Shown here piece after piece: positions 39,568 to 51,895 of a DNA stretch of 64,000 nucleotides (position 1 is its first letter; every line of letters starts with the position of its first letter). Source of the DNA: Mytilus californianus. Taxonomy: Eukaryota. The DNA lies in contig NW_026262701.1 in NCBI RefSeq assembly GCF_021869535.1, positions 102,114,001 through 102,178,000 on the forward strand, read 5' to 3'. The notes under the pieces were generated by a model that was not told the origin of the DNA, made no database searches, and saw nothing but the letters and a program-made list of their open reading frames with translations. Made by a program: the position numbers and the translations under genes.

Positions 39568-42500
39568 AGAGGATATTACTTTTAAACCAATGCAGTAGAA
39601 ATTTTACAGGAAATTATTCAATGCGCACATTGGTTCGGTTCCGTGTAAATAAATAATTTACCTCGATGTTAAACACATCTTTACCAGATTTTAAGCTTTC
39701 TTATTTCTATGGCGAACCAAAAATGAGCAGGTTTTACGAACTGGTTCCTTGACTGGATTAATCAACACCGTAGATATATATACGTGTGATACTGATTTAA
39801 GCAATAACCTTTATCAGGTTTGCCTGGGACCAAAGTTTTGGCACTGACTTATATTTAGCAAAAGCAGCTTAAATTGTTTAATGGTTCACCAAACTTAAAA
39901 GTAAAAATTGTAAGTAAACTTGAACACACAAAAAAAGTTCAAAATTTAGAACACGTTATGGACCAAAGCTAGTCGTAGGCTTCAAATGTAGTTCAACGGC
40001 AAAAAAAATTAAAAATACCGTATTTCTATTCAACTTTGGTATCATGGTTCTTGGGCTGGATTGCTTAATAATTTCAAACGACGAAAATAGTGTTGTTGTA
40101 TTTCCTATTTATAGATTGGATTACGTAAACAACGTCAAGTTAAAAACATAATATTATTATGCAATTGTAAAAAAACAAAAACAAAGATGTATATCAAAAT
40201 GTTATTACATAATTACAACTGAAATTAATTATTATTTTATATGCATGTCGTGCAGTGCAATTAATTATGTAAACAAAATCAAGTTGGTAGTTTTCCCAAT
40301 CCGTGCAAATTTCCTAGCGGATGGTTGGTTAAACAGTTGGTTATGTTACAGAGGATACAGAGTTATTTTTTTAATAAATTATTTTATTTGGAGGGGGGCG
40401 GTATTTTTTTTGGTCATTTTTCAACTTGTACGCAATTTTTGTATTCCTTTCTTTTATATAAAGTAAATCAATGTTAACATAAATTAGGCTTAATACAAAA
40501 TCTGCAGCCAGTTCACCATTTGTAAAATGGCTATATTTACTTTAGTGCAGCAGAAGCCGATTTTTCAGAAGTAATTATTTGTTAATGTATTTCGTATATC
40601 GTTATGAAATTCAAGATTACTGCGATAATTAGATTCAGCTTTGAACAAAACATTATGGGTAGAAAATAAATTTCAACTTCTCAAACGCTATTCACAAAAT
40701 AAATAAATATAGTTGTGGAGAGGACCGCACAAAGACAAGAAAGACTGTCCAAGAGCGGGTATGTGGGCCGTTAGTGAGAAATCTATAATATCAGAAAATG
40801 GTCCTTTACACAAGTATACAATTGCATTTATTTTGTGAGAAACTGAAAAAATATTGAATACAAATTTGTATTAAAATCAAACGGTCCTTAATTTTCTTTA
40901 AGGGGGTAGGGTCAATTTTCACTCACTTGGTCAAAATCTAAAACGTGTCAAATCCTATTGGATTTTGAATATTAAAGAGTCTGAATTATATACAGAAAAC
41001 AAGTCTCAAAATTTTTACGTTTTCATAAAAACAAAAATTTATTCGGCGCTACATGTTGCTGTCGAAGGCAACTTGATACAAAATTGCAATTTTTTCAAGT
41101 TTTTGTTAAATTTCGCATCGAATGACGTTTCTAACCAAAATAAATTTACTTGTGTTAAATCTGCAATTTATCGCTCTACTTTAAACATAATTTTTGTTTT
41201 AGCTAGGGATGTCCTTCATAAACATTTTTTTTAAATACATACTATAAATGGACCAAAATCTGTCAAAATTGCTGTTTGAACTATATTTAGATGATTTTTA
41301 CTTAGATCAAGACAAAAAGATTTTTTGAATATGGGCCGGGTGTGAAATAAAATAAGGGGAAATTGGCTCCGCGTTGAAAGCCGTACTTTAACCTATAATT
41401 GTTTACTTTTTACACATTGTGACTTGGATGGATAGTTGTCTCATTGGCACTCATACCACATCTTCTAATTTGTATCTACCAGTCTGTTTACGTTTGAAAA
41501 TATGTTAAAGTTTTATACTTTAAAATTTTAAATTAATGAAAAAAACAAGTCACACAAATTGATACAATGAGCAATAACTGTATATTTGTTTTATGTGATA
41601 TGATTATTTTTTTCTTAATTTACTGCTTAGAATTAAAAAAAAAAAAACTATACGTCTAATTGTTTGTGATTATTTAAAAAAAATCATAGCAAAAAGGGTA
41701 GAAGAATTTTCTTTGTCAGAGATTTTCTCTATATATCTAATTATGATTTTGAGGATATCGGACATTTTTTTTTTTTACCCTACTGTTCTATTTTTAGCCC
41801 TGTCGACCATGTTGGTTGATTGGCAAGGAAAATAAATCCCTTTTTACAAAAATACCCTTGAAATTATTCAACCCAAGTTCGGTTTCAATTGGTCAAGTGG
41901 TTTAAAGAAGATTTTTAAACGCTTACGACGACGGGCGCCAAGTGATGGGAATAACTCATTACACCCATTGAGCTAATGAGAAGTTCGCATTTTCCTGTTT
42001 TATACGTTTTTCTTAAAGGTTTCAATAGCAGCAATACATGGTCACCGATTCCACCATAATGAAAAGCGAGAATTTACGCCAACGGGACAGCAACAGGTAT
42101 AGCCTTCTTTTAAAACGAATATGGTCCTGGTTTCTATGATGAAATTTATGGAAGAGCCAAATTAAATATTTTTTTTCAGCGACGGTGGTCATCATCAGCG
42201 ACAAATGTCATTGTATAGAGAGTGAATGACTCTGGAAAGCAAAATAATATAACTAGACCTGGTGACACCTGTTAAACAATGGTGATATTAGGTTTCCAGA
42301 TTTATAGTTTTTATCGCTGCTCAATTATGACCCTTGCACTGTTGGACATCGTAGTCATGCACCTTATCTCTGAATGTTCCGACTGTCACTGTCACAAGAA
42401 TTGACAATTTAAATGGGATTGCTTGATGGTGACGGTCAGATCAAGTGTCGAATAGGTATCGATCGGCTGACTATACGGTATGGGTTTTGTACATTGTTGT

Positions 42501-42895
42501 AGACTGAACGGTGACCTAAAGTTGCCAACATCTACGTTATTTTTTGTTTTTTTTGCGGATATCAGTAGTTGGCTCATTGGCAAGCATAACACCTCTTCTT
42601 ATTTTTATATAAGGTCCGTTTGAACATAGAATTGTTTCATGAAAATATGTGTTTGCTGACAACAATAACGAATAACAATATGCAGGTCTCCATTATCCGT
42701 TTGAAAACCCTGGTTTAATAAGAATTTCGCAGAAAATATTACGCAACAATTAAATCGCATTTGAACAAAGACGTTACAAGTTTGGAAGACATTAACATAT
42801 TATGACAGACAAACAGAGGTGTAATAATAATAATAAAAAACAAATGCATATTGTAACTAAATAATACTGGTATGTAAAATATATTATTTTATCTA

Positions 42896-44662
42896 TTACG
42901 AGGCTATTGTAGCTTGTTTCCGCAAAGATTTTTTTGACTTAACTTTCTTTTCACTGACACTGTCATTACATTTCGGAGATTCCGCTGCTGCAATGCCGGA
43001 TGAATATATGCTAGATTCCCGCAATGAAGTGTTAGGGAGTTCTTGTGTGTCTGAAAGTTTTTCTGATTCATTCTTATCTAAATGAGGTACTAAAATTACT
43101 TTTTCAGGTTGACTTTCAGGTGTATCGTTTATTTGTTCAGTTGACCTTTCTCTCAGATTTGATATTGGAAACATTTGCTCTTTGTTCACAACTTTAGGTA
43201 ATCTATCGGGTAGATATTGTACACTGTTACTTTCCTGAACAGGTTTTTCATGTAATTTTAACTTAGGGTCTTGTTTCTCTTTAACCGCTATTTTGGACAA
43301 ACGCAACCTCAGCTCATCTTGAACGGCCATCTTTTGAACACCATATTTATCGTCGGTATCATTTTCATTGTCTATCCTTTCTTGTTTCTTTAATTTTGGT
43401 TTTGGTTTGATTTCAGGCTTTGGTTTCACTTCGGGTTTTTGTTTGATTTCCGGTTTCGGCTTGATTTCCGGTTTTTCTGTCGATTGTGCGTTCATCTTTT
43501 TTGGCATCCTCACATTTTGAACGACCATAGTTTGAACTCTGATCGGTCTATTCTTTGTACTTGGTGAACTATGTTCAGTGTTAGTCCGTTTTAAAACATG
43601 AACATGTGAATCAGATCGATCCTTTCGGATGGCATTGTCAATATATGGTACACTTGATCGTTTAACTGACCCGTGCCTCTCTTTTTCGTCGTGTTTTTTA
43701 AGCGAACCTCGTCTCACTTTTTCATCATGTTTATGTACTGACCCCCTCCTTCCTCTTTCATCCTGTTTTGGATCTTCATGAACATAAACGGCATGCATAA
43801 TAGTGGTCACTTTTTTCTTCGATGAAGATGCCGACGATTGTTCCTGTGGTGGAGCTGATGGATTTCTCAAAATTCCAGGTGACCGGTGTGGAATTTTAAT
43901 CTGTGAAGTGTGTTCACCGGGTTCTTGAACTCGTACAGATGTTTGTCGTTGTAGTTTTAAATGCTCGCTAGGTACATGGATATCAAATAATGGTGTTTCT
44001 GTGGTAATCTTGACATCAGGCTTGCTCCAGCCAACGCACAAATCATTACAAACATGGTCGTCGAAAAATTCATTAATTTCCTTCTGTTTCTGTAATATTT
44101 TGGGAGTTAGTAAGTGGTATTCGTTGCCGCTTTTTACACCTTTGAATATGGCGATAACAGACTGATGATTTCCTTCTATAAATGAAAAATGAGAAAAGGC
44201 ATCTAAAATGATATCTCCTTCGAAGAAAACCATTGTATCCGAAAGTAAAGGTTCAATTAGCACTATTTCATCTTTTTTAAAATCGCGAAAATCGTACTGT
44301 TTCATACTCCGACAAAATTTATCCCAACGAGAATATCCTTTTAAAGGGGCAAGATATTGCTGAACAAACGTGATTTTTCCAGCCCCAGTTTTATCTGTAA
44401 AAGCACTAGCTACACCAGCAGCATGAGTATTTGAATCTAAACGAGACTCCCAGAACTGCTCCGTTCCTGCTCTGAATCTCCTGAATTTAACAATTGCTTT
44501 CTTTGGTTTGTTTAAATGTTCACCATACATAACAGCATCATAAACAAGTTGTGTGTACGTTATATCTTTGGGATAAAACCCAAAGCAAGCCCATACCGAG
44601 GGTTCGTCGTCTTTATTCTCCAACGATGCCTCAGTAAAGTGAACTATATCAAATATGCCCAT
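42896..44662 (-). CDS. Paralogous alpha-kinase-fold protein (predicted pseudokinase), 588 aa, with basic/Pro-rich disordered tail
   Basis: ORF 42896-44725, but the likely start is the ATG at 44662, 3 nt after a ttttttgcag acceptor. Motifs IVK(59), AFSHFSF, IFKG and HVCNDLC(203-209); 62/137 ungapped identities to the 36550 protein by hand count. Confidence 0.88.
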   Translation of the reverse strand: MGIFDIVHFTEASLENKDDEPSVWACFGFYPKDITYTQLVYDAVMYGEHLNKPKKAIVKFRRFRAGTEQFWESRLDSNTHAAGVASAFTDKTGAGKITFVQQYLAPLKGYSRWDKFCRSMKQYDFRDFKKDEIVLIEPLLSDTMVFFEGDIILDAFSHFSFIEGNHQSVIAIFKGVKSGNEYHLLTPKILQKQKEINEFFDDHVCNDLCVGWSKPDVKITTETPLFDIHVPSEHLKLQRQTSVRVQEPGEHTSQIKIPHRSPGILRNPSAPPQEQSSASSSKKKVTTIMHAVYVHEDPKQDERGRRGSVHKHDEKVRRGSLKKHDEKERHGSVKRSSVPYIDNAIRKDRSDSHVHVLKRTNTEHSSPSTKNRPIRVQTMVVQNVRMPKKMNAQSTEKPEIKPKPEIKQKPEVKPKPEIKPKPKLKKQERIDNENDTDDKYGVQKMAVQDELRLRLSKIAVKEKQDPKLKLHEKPVQESNSVQYLPDRLPKVVNKEQMFPISNLRERSTEQINDTPESQPEKVILVPHLDKNESEKLSDTQELPNTSLRESSIYSSGIAAAESPKCNDSVSEKKVKSKKSLRKQATIAS

Positions 44663-47600
44663 TACCTGCAAAAAATATGCAAAGGTTTCAAGAGATGGAA
44701 AATATATGTGAACTGTCATATTCATAGATCACGGACCCCCTTTTCCCTCCAATATACACACATTTCTTTTAATTCAATTATATATTACCTTGCTGACTCA
44801 GTCAATAATTCATTTTGTATTCGTGTTAAATATTAAGTCAAGTGTAGGACAAACACTGCTTTATCTTTTTAATCTTAACATTAAAATCATTGTGGATCTT
44901 CTATCGAACCATTTCTGCTGAATTAAATGGGCATGGTTACATGTAACTATCTTTTTACTTAAAATCACCATTTCGTATGATTTTTTTTTTATCTTAACTG
45001 CCCATCGCAAGGGTTATCCATTCGAAAACGGTATAGTTTTTGTTTACATTCAGGATCAAAATGCGCGAGCTTATGAAACCATGTGGAATTGGAATATTGG
45101 AGGGTATAAATAATATACTTAAAATGTTTTACAACGATTTTTCAGATATCCCCCCAAAAAATCAAATTGTTTATCATAAAGCGCTATAACAATGACATGT
45201 TTTAAAATACTTTATATATTTTGCATCGGAAAGACTACACCTATATCTTTACTTTTGAAGGAATTGGAATTTAGATTCTCATTCATTCTCATTGGTTATT
45301 TTGACAAATAATGAAAATTAACCGTAACGTTTTAAAATTGCGGTTTTGGGGCCATCTTTGAGCACTCGTGATATGGTTTCATGTTCATATTATACAAGAC
45401 ATAATGCTACTAAAACACAAAATAAAAATAATATAAAATTAGAAGATATGGTATGATTAGCCGATGAGACAACTATCCAAAGTTAATGTTTGAAGTTATC
45501 ATAGGGTAAAATCTTATTAAGTCGAAGAAGTTTTTTGAAGATGGTCATTGTGGGAAATAAATTCAGGGACATGTGTCCTACTTCTTACATATATACTGTG
45601 ATATAATTTTCCTTTCAAAACACGTGGTAAATTGACAAATTCCAAAGTAGATAAAAGTGTTTGTTTTTGCCCATTATTTAAAAAATATTTAAATTTAAAC
45701 AGGTTTTAAGTCCCCACAGAATTTCACAATGTAAAATAGTCGAAGCTTATTGATAAAATGGATACAAACGAAATCCCCAACCATTTGAATCTTGCACTCA
45801 TAATTCACTGTTCACATTTCTGCGGAAATTGGTGATAATTCTACATGGAAATATTTGTAAACGGGTTAAAACCAATAATCCTCATGATATATAATAACCC
45901 GTTTGGGATATATTATTCCTTTGGGGGTATACATTTACTGTTCGAAGGCTATTGTGATTTCGGGGGAACGATTTCAAAATGCTGTAAATTTAATAAAAGG
46001 CAACAACTTTTCTGGATACATTATACTGTTAATCAAATAAATTCTTATGAGAGATGAGAGTTGTTACCATGGTTACTATGAAAACAAAATTTACAACAAA
46101 TTTAAATATTTGGCGCTAGAAGTATAAGCTGTTTTATCTGTAACACGAAATGATATTTGCGCATTCATCTTTGATAAACCTGAACTAAATTGACCCTCTG
46201 CAATTCAAGAATCAAAACGGACAGTGGAACTATACCCACTAATCAGCTATAATCCACAATTTTCTACATAAGGAAATTCCTGTACCAAGTCAGGAATATG
46301 ACAGTCGTTTTCCATTCGTTTGATTTGTTTGAGTTTTTGATTTTGCCATTTGAAAAAGGACTTTCCGTTTTGAATTTTCCTAGGAGTTCGGTATTTTTGT
46401 TATTTTACTTTTTATACATATTTTGCATCAGAAAAGTTAACATACTCATCTCTGAAAACAGTAAAATTGAGAGTCATCAGCTAAGAGTACATGCCAAGCG
46501 GCTTCCAACACAGAGACCGTCCATCCTAAGAATTTATAACCAGCGTCAGAGGCTTATATAGAGTAAGAAAAGAGCATCATTGACCAGCGCCAAAGGCTAT
46601 ATATAGAGTAAGAAGAAAAAAGTATCATTGACCAGCAATCCATCAACTTCATCAAAATTAGATATATTACACCTCAGTCTAGATTTGGAAAAAGGGTAAT
46701 TTGGTTTTTAATTTGAAATACACCTCAGTCTAGAATTGAATTGTGTGACAAATACCAGTCAAGACAGATTACGCGAGCCACATTTGTTCAATCTTTGGGC
46801 TACAGGTATCCAGCTAAAACTGACTTGTGATGACTACACGTATCCTATATGTTTTTAGAATTTTAACTTTTAGCTGTATATATATATATATGAATGTGCT
46901 ATGTTTTGGATATGAAATAACTTTTAAAATTATAACCGGTGTATGACTTTTAGTCATATAACACCAAAACTCTAATGTTATGTTTATAATACGCAAATGT
47001 CATGTACAAAAAGCGCAAACATTCCGCGCCGTAAATATTGTTTGCACTGTAAATTTATATCCAAAAAAGGGTTAGTCCAACCATAAGAGTACATCATTTA
47101 AGGAAGGTAGGTTAGAATTTCTTTCTGTTTTGCTTTTTTTTTATAAAAAATACCGAAACTTTAGGGCAGGCATTTTGAAGCATTAAATAATAGGGTAGGT
47201 ATGGTACCCTGCGTTATTTATAACTCATTAGGGGGTTTGGTCCTAGCTTGTTGTAAAGATAAAAGAGATCCGGGTTGCTAAAACTAACATAAACGAATTG
47301 ATTTGTTGCTCACAATTCTATATAGTGTGTACGATTAAGTTAACATAGGAGGGCCAGTATAAGTGCAATATTGAAATCAAGTGTATGTTTACTAGTTTTC
47401 AGCGTGTCGCAATTATTTAAATTTTATGTCCCCACGTGAGAAGTGATTTTGATTGATTGATTGTTGCTTGCTTAATGTCCAGTTACAAATATTTCATGCA
47501 TATCCAGGACAAGACCGTCACAGTTATTTAGGAGTAATGTTAACATTACATGTTACATTAAGTCTGACAACACTGGTATTCAGACAGAATGTACGTCCTG

Positions 47601-48924
47601 ATAAAATCAATTAATTGATAGCAGTTTAGGTGTTTGTTTACTTTAAGCCAAAACTATAATCTGTCAACGCAATATATATCTATCAGAAATATATATCATG
47701 TGTATAATAGGTCACAGTTACATGTGTAAACAACGAATAAACATTAATACAACTGTGATTAAACGATACTGTGATTTAAAAGGCTAAAATAATATAACAA
47801 TCGTACATATATGAAACCTTAAATTTTGACAAACTTACCTTTGAACAATTTCACTTATACACATATCTGTACTACATTACGTTCATATATTGTCGTGGTT
47901 AAAACGCGTGAAATGTGCGATGAGGTATACAATCAGCTCATGTGCAAAGTAAAAGTAGATATTTCTGTCCCATTTATGGATACCACGTGTTTCATAGAAA
48001 ATAATGAAAACAATTTACTTTGTTTATACATTAATCCTGGCCATGTGTCACATTCCTTCGTCACAGGTGAGTTTTCATAGGTAAACTTGCGCGGGTGGAG
48101 ATATTAGTGAATTTAACATAGTCAAGTTCATTGTGTGAAACGTCGAAAAAAGGTTGTTGTAGTCTATTTATAGAACGTGAATTTTAATTTCAATGCAGCG
48201 CTATGTTCTTTATATTTCAAAAGGTAAATAAAAGTAACATCTAACAATTATTGAAGAGACGGTACGGAGTTGTATCTTCTAAATGAGATTATTAGACCGG
48301 GTATAAGCCTACAAATCAAATCAGATCAAAAGCTTTATGGTGCATATGCTAATCACCGTCTAAATGGTAGGGTTGTAGAAAACCAGAGGATAGAAGGATG
48401 AAGAGAAGAAGGACATGCAGATACAGATTTGATCAGATTTAGATGGGAGAAGTGGAAAGCAAAGAACAAATGAAAAATGTGAAAGGGTGGACAGGAAAAA
48501 GGGCCTCGGGATATACCTTCTGTTCGCCCTTTAATGAACATATATCCTTCTATAATATCACGCTGGAACTGTTCTAGATATGGTTATACTGGTACTGTGA
48601 TGAGGTGATTAAAGATGTTATAATTTCCTCCATGAAAACATCTGGTTATTTTCCTTTATTAAGGAGATGTGGTATGCTTGTCAATGAGAGAACTATCGCA
48701 CAGACACTCGACTCTGAAAAAAAATATATATACATAAACAGTCATGTACGTTTCAGTAATTAAGCTTAGTGACAGGTTTTAGGTATTGCTATGGGAACGA
48801 GTTGCAGTCCTTTAATAGCAGAATTGTGTTACCGTTACCTTGTTGATATTTTAAAATCAAGAACATTCTAATTATACTGTGGAAGTATCCTCCATGCAGA
48901 GAACTGAAATGTAGTTCAGTGGTT

Positions 48925-49157
48925 TCTGTCATATTTGTTTTTCGTAAATTTTTTTGTTATGAATTTGGCAATTATTTTTCTCAATTGAATTGTTTCATAT
49001 TTTTTATGTCGGGGCCTTTTATAGCCGACTATACGGTATGGGTTTTTCTCATTGTTGAAGACCGTACGGTTGCCTATAATTGCTTACATCCACTTCATTT
49101 GAACTTTGGTAGATAGTTGTATCATTGGCAATCATACATCATCTCCTTGTTTTTATA
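48925..49157 (+). repeat. Representative copy of an abundant 3'-anchored dispersed repeat (at least 12 copies in the window)
   Basis: Core cattgttgaag(a/g)ccgtacggtgacctat...gttgtctcattggcaatcataccacatct. Other copies at ~597-720, 6879-6950, 20140-20370, 31456-31592, 41373-41466, 42465-42608, 45443-45480, 48660-48700, 50125-50262, 50668-50805 and 58256-58372. Confidence 0.85.
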
Positions 49158-49286
49158 TTAAAGTAAATTTCTTATGATTAGCAATTATTAATGTCCTTTC
49201 AGTTGTTGAGTTGCATGATGATAATGATAAATTAGTTTTCAACGTCCAGTGGTAAATTCAACATATATATCAGGACAATAACATAG

Positions 49287-49457
49287 CAGTGGCGGATCCA
49301 GAACTTTTCATAAAGGGGGGGGGGGGCGCTGACTGACCTAAGGGGAGAGGGGGTCCGCTCCAGTCATGCTTCAGTGATTCCCTATATAATCAAATTTTTC
49401 CCACAAAAGGGGGGACCCGGGCCCCCCAGCCCCCCCCCCCCCCTGGATCCGCCTATG
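49287..49457. mobile_element. GC-rich MITE (171 bp)
   Basis: TIR core GGCGGATCCAG / CTGGATCCGCC with G and C runs; short direct repeat CATAG on both flanks. Confidence 0.8.
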
Positions 49458-51895
49458 CATAGCACTGTGATATGGATATAAACTCGAATTTTACTAGACC
49501 GTCCACGCTGAGCCGGACTTTTAACCTACCAGTTCATAAGGTAATGGCTACATGTACGGTCCGCACGAAGAAATGTCGCCCTACCAAGACCCACAATTCG
49601 GACTCCGAGCCGATAAGTCTCACCCTACCAAGACACAAAATTCTGATTCAACAAGTCTTTATTCTAACTTCTAAACGTCGCAAACTTAACGAAGAAGCAG
49701 CAAATATTTTTTTTCCAAGTCTTTATCGAACACTGACGTCAAAATCTATGTATAACTGGTAGATTAATGATTCAGGGGTTTCATTAATACTTGTATAACC
49801 TTTAATAATTCATTCAATAGTTACAAAGATTTGTTTTGAAAGTTTGGCTTTATCTGTAGAAATCTGATTACAAACGCGATGGCACCATTAGAGGTGCACT
49901 GATTGATACATTAGTCTGGAAAAACATGATTAATTTGAAATTGAGGTTTTAACTAGCTTTCAGTTACTACGAATGTACTGTAAGATCAGTACTCTGTCTC
50001 TTTTGTCTTTTATGTCAGTTATTTTTGTAGTTAATCATGATCTGATGAGTCAAGCCTTTTCTAACCGATTTTTACAGTTTGCTGTTATGTTGTGTTGTTA
50101 CACCACTGTCCAGGTTACGGGACGATTTTTTTAGCTTACTATACGGTATGAGTTATGCTCATTGTTGAAGGCCGTATGATGACCTGTAGTTTTTCACATC
50201 CTTATCATTTGATCTGTGGTGGAAAATTGTCTCATTGGCATTCACTCCACATCTCCTTATTTTCATTTTGATTTATTTTGTCTTTTGATTTTTTCCAATT
50301 GGAGAGAGACCAATTTAATTACAAAAAATCTAAATAATTAAAAAAATAATAGTAAAAGGAGATTATGAAGTAAACGTCAATGAGACATCAACCTAACATT
50401 GATTAAGAAAAAAACCAAAAGACATAAAGGGATCTATACATACTGTCTTCAACTGTAGACAAGTTCCAAGTTCCAAGTAGCAGATATTTGGTAGTCTCTA
50501 TCTTTGTTTCCAACTTAGCATCTATATGTCAATAACTAAAAAGTCCCAAGTCCAAACAAGTTGTGAAAAGTTCAATAGAGAATAGACTCAACCACTAATT
50601 TTCTGAAGAATACAAACACATTAAGATATTGCTGAAGACAACCGATGACAAGATGCCCAACTTGAAACCGGCATATTCGGTATGGGTTTTGCTCATTGTT
50701 AAAGTACGTACGCGTTCGATAACATATAGTTTCTTACTTTTACGTCATATGGTGTCTGGTGGAAAGTTGTCTCATTGGCAATCATATCACATTTTCTTAT
50801 TTTTACATTTGCCATATTGCGGAATTAAGGATTTTTTTATAACTCAACACTCACTTTCTATCTAAGGTAGTTGAATAACCAGCGGTTCATAGAAGAACGA
50901 AAGCACCTGTTTTTGGTGGGGTTCGTGTTGCTTAGTTTTTAGTTTGACTATCCCGTTGGTATTTTCCACCACTCTTTTTTAATTTCTATAATATCGTTAT
51001 TATAGACAATAAATGGAGGTACAAGTTAAACGATACTAACTGCAGCTACTGAGACCAAAGAACTTAATTAGTGGATGTATACATCACGTCTTCGTACACT
51101 CTAAAACTAAGGGGTATATTTCACACAGCAATGTCATTGACAGTACATGAAGACACGATATTGTACAATTTAGTCTATTTAAGATTTGTTTTGAAGTAAC
51201 TAGAAACCAAACAGAACATAAAAAAGTAAAATAAACTTAACTTTAACCTTACTATTATAGACTGAAAAGGAAAAGCCTGTCTTTATTTGAACCATTAAAC
51301 AACAGTGCATTACAGCGTAGTACATGCGATAAAATGAATATTATGATTAAATTGACTGGTTATATTGGGGTAATTTCAAGTTTGGCTACCCATAATACAA
51401 AGAGGTATTTTTTTTCTAAAATTACACTGAAAATTTAACAAATAGATAAAACTGGTTCTCAGGCTAGTACTAAAAGCATCATCTATTAGTTTATTCAAAC
51501 GAGTTTAGGGTGATTATAACGTAAGATATTCAATGAACTAAAGCATGCATATATACATAACTAAGTCATCTGTGTACATTTTTTTTATATTTATTAGAAT
51601 CCGTAACGTACAATCGACGAAAAATATTTCATTCGTTGATTGCTGATCGAAACTTTGCCTACTAATAACTTTCTGGTTTTTGTGTCGATGTCTACTGTTT
51701 TTGACCTTCATAAAAAAAATCAACACAGAATCATGGTGAATAATAAGTGAGACGATATAGAGCGATGCTTATTTTTTTTTTGTTGTCCATGCCTTCCAAT
51801 TAAGTTAATTAAACATTGTCAAGCCAGTTGTTCAAGGATTTCATGTATAAATTTTTTTCTTTCAGAATCGATTGATAATCTCGTTTGTTTACCTT

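Noticed and set aside
44663-44725. N-terminal extension MNMTVHIYFPSLETFAYFLQV from the ORF track
   Set aside because: It covers a pyrimidine tract and AG acceptor, and the paralogue alignment begins exactly at the downstream MG.
48310-48560. Purine-rich stretch that looks coding on the + strand
   Set aside because: It has several stops, and the minus strand ends in ATAAA plus (TTTGA)n, so it is more likely a retroelement 3' UTR remnant.
49472-49762. 96-aa ORF and a 40-aa ORF in another frame
   Set aside because: The region contains a direct repeat (CCCTACCAAGAC twice) more typical of a transposon end; no supporting exon structure.
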